From Candidatus Latescibacterota bacterium (GTDB lineage Bacteria; Latescibacterota; UBA2968; GCA-2709665), in contig OZ220733.1 in NCBI GenBank assembly GCA_965116875.1, positions 1,056,001 to 1,120,000 on the forward strand: 64,000 nt of DNA, read 5' to 3'. How positions within the stretch are numbered: position 1 is the first letter of the stretch; every line of letters starts with the position of its first letter. Positions 59,195 to 64,000 of the stretch are shown here, piece after piece. The translations under genes were made by a program, and so were the position numbers. The notes beneath the pieces were generated by a model. That model was not told where the DNA came from. It saw only the letters and a list, made by a program, of their open reading frames with translations, and did no database searches.

Positions 59195-60547
59195 ATGAAA
59201 CTGGACGGTCGCCGGCGGCGGCTGCTTGAACGGACGTTTCTGGATTATCAGCAGACGTCGGCCTTCATGGAGCATCCGTTCATTGTCAAGAAGGCGCACG
59301 GTCTCCACTATTGGGATACGGAAGGCAGGCGTTACTTCGACGGGATCGGCGGCATCTTCGTGGCCTCGCTCGGACACGGGCATCCCCGGGTTCTGGAGGC
59401 GATGCGAAGACAGGCGGAGACGCTGGGATTCTCGCCGCCGATGCACGGGCTTTCCGACGTGGCGCTGGATTTCGTTGAGAAGCTGAGCGAAGTAACGCCG
59501 GGAAATCTGAATTTCATCAAGTCCTACAGCGGCGGGTCCGAAGCGGTCGAATCCGCTCTGAAATTCACCCGGCAATATTTCAGGCAAAGCGGCCACCCGG
59601 GCAAATACAAGTTCGTCAGCCGCTACTTCGGGTATCACGGCGCCACGTTCGGCGCGATGGCGGCCAGCGGGACGGGAAAACGCAAAACGCCGTTCGAACC
59701 GCAGGCGGGCGGATTCCTGAAGGTCTTCCCGCCCACTTATTACAGAGACCGTTTTGCCTCCTGGGAGGAATGCAACCGCTTCAGTGCGCAGATGTTCGAG
59801 GACGTCATCGTAAACGAAGACCCGGATACGGTGGCGGGCGTCATCCTGGAACCGATCGGCAATACAGGTGGAATCATCACGCCCACCGAGGAGTATTTCC
59901 GGATGATTCGCGACGTCTGCGACCGGCACAACGTGGTGTTGATCTACGATGAGATCATCACGGGATTCGGCAAGACCGGCTCGATGTTCGCCGCCCAGAC
60001 GTTCGGGGTGACTCCCGACATGATCTGCGCCGGCAAGGGCATCTCGAGCGGGGCGTATCCGGTGGGCGCGATGATGGCGCGAGAGGACATGGGAGACGTC
60101 TTTCTCGGCCCGGTGGACGCCGATGTCAACTTTGCCCACGGTCATACGTTCGCGGCCAATCCCGTCGCCTGCGCCGTGGGCATGGCCGTGATCGACGAAA
60201 TCGTGGAACAGGAGCTGGATCGCAAGGCCGGTGAACTCGGCCGCTACCTGGCGTCGAAGCTGGAAGGATTGAAGGACCTGGGGGTGGTGCGCGAGGTGCG
60301 GGGCCGCGGGCTGCTGCAGGGCGTGGAACTGGTGAGGGATACAAAGACCATGGCCCCGTTTCCCGAACTGGGCCGGGCGCTGAAGCGGACGTCGCTGGAG
60401 AACGGGCTGCTGATCCGGATCGACCCCACCTGGTTCGCCGTGGGACCGGCCCTGATCGTGCAGCGAGAGGACATCGACGAACTGTACGATCTCATAAGAA
60501 AAAGTCTGATCGACGCGCTGGAACTGGTCGATTCGGAGTTTGGATAG
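59195..60547 (+). CDS. Class III (omega-amino acid / BioA-like) aminotransferase
   Basis: YFDGIGG, LGHGHP, SGGSEAVE-ALK, YHGAT, ILEPI, IYDEIITGFGKTG, PDMICAGKGISSG, HGHTF. Confidence 0.92.
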   Translation: MKLDGRRRRLLERTFLDYQQTSAFMEHPFIVKKAHGLHYWDTEGRRYFDGIGGIFVASLGHGHPRVLEAMRRQAETLGFSPPMHGLSDVALDFVEKLSEVTPGNLNFIKSYSGGSEAVESALKFTRQYFRQSGHPGKYKFVSRYFGYHGATFGAMAASGTGKRKTPFEPQAGGFLKVFPPTYYRDRFASWEECNRFSAQMFEDVIVNEDPDTVAGVILEPIGNTGGIITPTEEYFRMIRDVCDRHNVVLIYDEIITGFGKTGSMFAAQTFGVTPDMICAGKGISSGAYPVGAMMAREDMGDVFLGPVDADVNFAHGHTFAANPVACAVGMAVIDEIVEQELDRKAGELGRYLASKLEGLKDLGVVREVRGRGLLQGVELVRDTKTMAPFPELGRALKRTSLENGLLIRIDPTWFAVGPALIVQREDIDELYDLIRKSLIDALELVDSEFG

Positions 60548-60569
60548 AACCCCTCAAATGGAGGCGGAA

Positions 60570-61235
60570 ATGACGGCAATGAGAATGGCACTCCTGTTGT
60601 GTTTCCTGCTGCTGGCAACACCGCAGGTTATGAGTGCCGGCGAAATGGAAAGGCGGTCCCGGATTGAGCTCAGGATGGGACTTCGGAATCACGGTGGAAC
60701 CACCGGCGCGGCGACGACTGTCGGTCCATTGGGTGTTGAAACGACCGCCGGGGCGGACAATGTATTTTTCTCGCTGGGCTACTCGCGCTGGATGCGGGAG
60801 AACGTCGCGGGTCACGCCACGATTGGCGTCCTGTCGGTCGAGGCGAGTTCACGTGCCGGGCCTCTGGGCGTCTCCCAGAACGCGGCGGTCATCTGTCCCA
60901 TGATTGTCGGCATGAGATATTATCCGGGCAAGCTGTCGATAGATACCGCGTTCAGGCCCTTTCTGACCGCAGGTATCGGGCTCATCACCGGGATACAGTC
61001 CAGAAGCGACGTCGGATTGCATGTGGTCCAGGAATCCGGCGCCATGACGACGTTCGGGAGCAAGACTGGAGTGGGGTTTGACCTGGGGATGGGTCGATCT
61101 TTCGTGGCGATTGCCGACCTCGGATACAACATGATGACGGACTTTTCGGACGAGATCGGCGGCCGCCGCAACTACAGCGGGCTCGAATTCGGCCTCGGGA
61201 TCGGCTGGCAATTCGGCGGAAGCGCCGCGCAATAG
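60570..61235 (+). CDS. Outer-membrane beta-barrel protein (OmpW/OmpA-like)
   Basis: Signal peptide; alternating beta strands, RPFLTAGIG, C-terminal GLEFGLGIGWQF. Confidence 0.75.
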   Translation: MTAMRMALLLCFLLLATPQVMSAGEMERRSRIELRMGLRNHGGTTGAATTVGPLGVETTAGADNVFFSLGYSRWMRENVAGHATIGVLSVEASSRAGPLGVSQNAAVICPMIVGMRYYPGKLSIDTAFRPFLTAGIGLITGIQSRSDVGLHVVQESGAMTTFGSKTGVGFDLGMGRSFVAIADLGYNMMTDFSDEIGGRRNYSGLEFGLGIGWQFGGSAAQ

Positions 61236-61263
61236 GCGCGGCCCTCTTATGCAGGAGGTTGTG

Positions 61264-62364
61264 ATGGCGAAATACCGCGCGGCGATCATCGGCACCGGCA
61301 GGGTGGGGTATCAGTTCAGCTTCGGGGACCTGCCGGACAACCACGCCGACGCTCTGGGTGAACACACGGACTGTAAACTTGCGGCGGGTGTGAACCGGGG
61401 GCGGGAAAAACTGGAAATCTTCGGGCAGCGATATGGGATCGACGCGCTGTACCACGACTACCGGAAGATGCTGGACGAAGTCAGGCCGGACGTCTGCATT
61501 GTGGCCACCCATCCGGAACTGCACTGCGAAATGGTGGAAACATGCGCGGCCGCACCGGCGACGAAGGCGATCATCTGCGAAAAGCCGATGGCGCTGTCTC
61601 TGGAGGAATGCGACCGGATGATCGCCGCCTGCGACAGCGCGGGCATCCTGCTGCAGGTGAATCACAACCGCCGGTGGTCACCGGAGTGGAACCTGGGACT
61701 GCGGCTGCTGAGGGACGGCGCGATCGGAGAGCTGAACCACGTCTACTGCTATATGGACGGCGGCAAGCCCGACCCGTCGTGGCGAAGCGAGAACGAGGGT
61801 CCGTTCCTGCACGACTTCACCCACTACTTCGACCTGATGGACATGTACGCCGGGGAAGTGGCCTGGATGTGCGGGATGGCGGAGCAGCGTATGCGTCCAT
61901 GGGCCGTGGAGGACTTCGGCGCGGCGATGGTGAAATTCAGGAGCGGTGCGACGGGTCTGGTCCACGGCGCCGAGTTGACATCCTATACGGACAATGCATT
62001 CGAGCTGCGCGGGACGGAGGGCGTGATCCGGTTTCTGGGAGAACAGGTCCATCTCTTCCGTGCGGTCGAAGACGACTACGAACCGGACAGCGGGTTTCAA
62101 TGGCATGCCCTGCAGCACCAGCCCGTCGATCACCCGTCGCCCGCGTCCACGTACGTCGTCGCGCTGAACGAACTGGTGGATGCGCTGGAGGGCCGAGGGG
62201 AATTGCGGAGCGACGGACGGGTGGGCCTCCGGTCTCTGGAAATGGTGATGGCGATCTACCAGTCTCAACTCACGGGCAACCGTCCCGTCGACTTCCCGCT
62301 CGAAGCGCGCGGTTCCGGCGTGGCGGCGCTGCGTAACGCGGGACAGTTTGTCGATCGTCAATAA
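61264..62364 (+). CDS. Gfo/Idh/MocA-family oxidoreductase
   Basis: AAIIGTGRVG, Y-DY--ML, ICEKPMA, NHNRRW, HDFTHYFD. Confidence 0.92.
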   Translation: MAKYRAAIIGTGRVGYQFSFGDLPDNHADALGEHTDCKLAAGVNRGREKLEIFGQRYGIDALYHDYRKMLDEVRPDVCIVATHPELHCEMVETCAAAPATKAIICEKPMALSLEECDRMIAACDSAGILLQVNHNRRWSPEWNLGLRLLRDGAIGELNHVYCYMDGGKPDPSWRSENEGPFLHDFTHYFDLMDMYAGEVAWMCGMAEQRMRPWAVEDFGAAMVKFRSGATGLVHGAELTSYTDNAFELRGTEGVIRFLGEQVHLFRAVEDDYEPDSGFQWHALQHQPVDHPSPASTYVVALNELVDALEGRGELRSDGRVGLRSLEMVMAIYQSQLTGNRPVDFPLEARGSGVAALRNAGQFVDRQ

Positions 62365-62392
62365 ACACCAAACGGAAAAAACGAGGATCGCG

Positions 62393-64000
62393 ATGGCGGC
62401 ATCCGAGGTGCGGGGATCGTGGATCGAATACGACGTGGTCGTCCGAAGAAACGTGATGGTACCCATGCGGGACGGCGTGAAGCTGGCGACGGACCTGTAT
62501 TTCCCGGCGAAGCACGGGGAGATTGCGCCGGGATCGTTTCCCGCGGTAATCGAGCGCACGCCGTACGATAAGGAGTCCAAATTCAGCGAAGGCCGGTATC
62601 TCGCGCGCAGAGGGTACGTGGGCGTGCGTCAGGACGTCCGGGGGCGTTTCGAATCGGAAGGCGTATGGCATCCGTTCGCAAAGGAGGCGCCGGACGGGTA
62701 CGATACGGTGGAATGGGTGGCCGCGCAGCCCTGGTGCGACGGAAACGTGGGGACAATGGGCGGGTCCTATTGTGGAAGCGACCAGAGTGCGCTGGCCACG
62801 ATGAATCCGCCCCATCTGAAGGCGATGGTCGTCGCGGTGGGCACGTCGAACTATCACACCAGTTCGATGCGGCAGAACGGCGCCCTGGAATTGCGGTTCA
62901 TGATCTATGCGTTCCGGATGGCGACGACGAGCAAAGAGGCGCTCGCCGATGCAACGCTGAAGGCCGCGCTGGACGCGGATTTCGCGAGGGTGGGCGAGTG
63001 GCTGACCCGGACGCCCTACAGGAAGGGATCCTCCGCCCTTCGGTTTCTGCCGACGTACGAACAGTGGGTGCTCGATCTTCTGGGAGAAGGGGACTTCAAC
63101 GAATACTGGAAGCAGCGGGGATACGCGATCGACCACTACTACGACGAACACGCGGACGTGCCCACGATATATCTGGGCGGATGGTACGACTCCTACACCC
63201 GGGGAACCACGGCGAACTACGTCGCGTTGTCGAAGCGTATGAAATCCCCCCAGCATCTGTTCATGGGCCCCTGGACCCACGGGGGCTGGGGGAACTCGTT
63301 CGCGGGAGACGTAGATTTCGGTCCGGATTCCGTCCTGGACGATTACGACGGCTACCGTCTGCGCTGGTTCGACAGGTGGCTGAAGGGTATCGACAACGGC
63401 GTCGACCGTGAGAAACCGGTACGGATATTCGTGATGGGCGGCGGCGACGGCCGAAGGAACCGGGAGGGGCGACTGAACTATATGGGCGCCTGGCGGGACG
63501 TGGAGGACTGGCCGCTGCCGGGGACGCGGTTTGTGCCGTACTATCTGCACCCGGACGGCAATCTCGGAGAGGACTTGCCGGAACCCTCCGAGCCGAGCCG
63601 TTACACCTTCGATCCCCGGGACCCGGTTCCCACGGTCGGCGGCAATCTGTCCGCCGGGGATCCGATCCTGGTTGCCGGCGCGTACGATCAGCGAGGGGAT
63701 GCGCGCTTTTACGGGTGCAGGGACAATCTGCCGCTGTCGGCGCGGAGCGACGTCCTCGTCTTCCAGACGCCCGAGTTGGAGGAAGCCCTGGAAGTGACGG
63801 GGCCCCTGACGATGAAATTGTGGGCTTCTTCCTCTGCGACGGATACGGACTTTACCGTGAAACTGATCGACGTACATCCCCCGAACGAGGATGTTCCCGA
63901 CGGCTTCGCCCAGAATATCACGGACAGCATCGTCAGGGGGCGTTATCGGAACTCGCGGGATGCACCGGAATTGATGTCGCCGGGGGAGATCCATGAACTG
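62393..64000 (+). CDS. CocE/NonD-family hydrolase (X-Pro dipeptidyl-peptidase-like), runs off the window end
   Basis: Not in the ORF track. Manual translation: MAASEV...NVMVPMRDGVKLATDLYFP...RTPYDK...QDVRGRFESEG...DGYDTVEW...GGSYCG...GGWYD...GPWTHG. Confidence 0.92.
   Translation, partial: MAASEVRGSWIEYDVVVRRNVMVPMRDGVKLATDLYFPAKHGEIAPGSFPAVIERTPYDKESKFSEGRYLARRGYVGVRQDVRGRFESEGVWHPFAKEAPDGYDTVEWVAAQPWCDGNVGTMGGSYCGSDQSALATMNPPHLKAMVVAVGTSNYHTSSMRQNGALELRFMIYAFRMATTSKEALADATLKAALDADFARVGEWLTRTPYRKGSSALRFLPTYEQWVLDLLGEGDFNEYWKQRGYAIDHYYDEHADVPTIYLGGWYDSYTRGTTANYVALSKRMKSPQHLFMGPWTHGGWGNSFAGDVDFGPDSVLDDYDGYRLRWFDRWLKGIDNGVDREKPVRIFVMGGGDGRRNREGRLNYMGAWRDVEDWPLPGTRFVPYYLHPDGNLGEDLPEPSEPSRYTFDPRDPVPTVGGNLSAGDPILVAGAYDQRGDARFYGCRDNLPLSARSDVLVFQTPELEEALEVTGPLTMKLWASSSATDTDFTVKLIDVHPPNEDVPDGFAQNITDSIVRGRYRNSRDAPELMSPGEIHEL

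Overview
A 64-kb, GC-rich bacterial chromosomal segment. It has no rRNA, tRNA, CRISPR array, intact transposase or phage genes that I can see. Secreted WD40 proteins with a C-terminal DxDGxGxxDFxDF dockerin/EF-hand-like tag, many glycan-degrading enzymes, a TonB receptor and a proteusin-type RiPP locus suggest a diderm of the Latescibacterota/Gemmatimonadota type, possibly a marine-sponge symbiont (inference only). Main content, in order: a heterodimeric ABC exporter flanked by 79-bp direct repeats carrying a GTAG-type REP; an AttE/F-G/H-like operon split by four extra genes; a selenocysteine-containing SelD (in-frame TGA plus SECIS-like hairpin, missed by the ORF track); trmB; fetAB-like genes; a compact NHLP/proteusin RiPP cluster; a TBDR and BCCT transporter; a PTS-IIA/PII-like/double cation:proton antiporter module; a heparinase-like lyase; csp, sthA, an RluA-family gene and msrB; and a catabolic run (creatininase-like, sialidase, two class III aminotransferases, amidohydrolase, oxidoreductase, CocE hydrolase). 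The RiPP cluster has a three-gene exporter, one precursor with an unusual His/acid-rich core, and a single tailoring-enzyme candidate of unknown family, with no LanM, YcaO or radical SAM enzyme. Two families of ~164-bp palindromic MITE-like elements recur, and some copies supply stop codons or truncate genes. The best novelty candidate is the RiPP cluster at 23745-31975.
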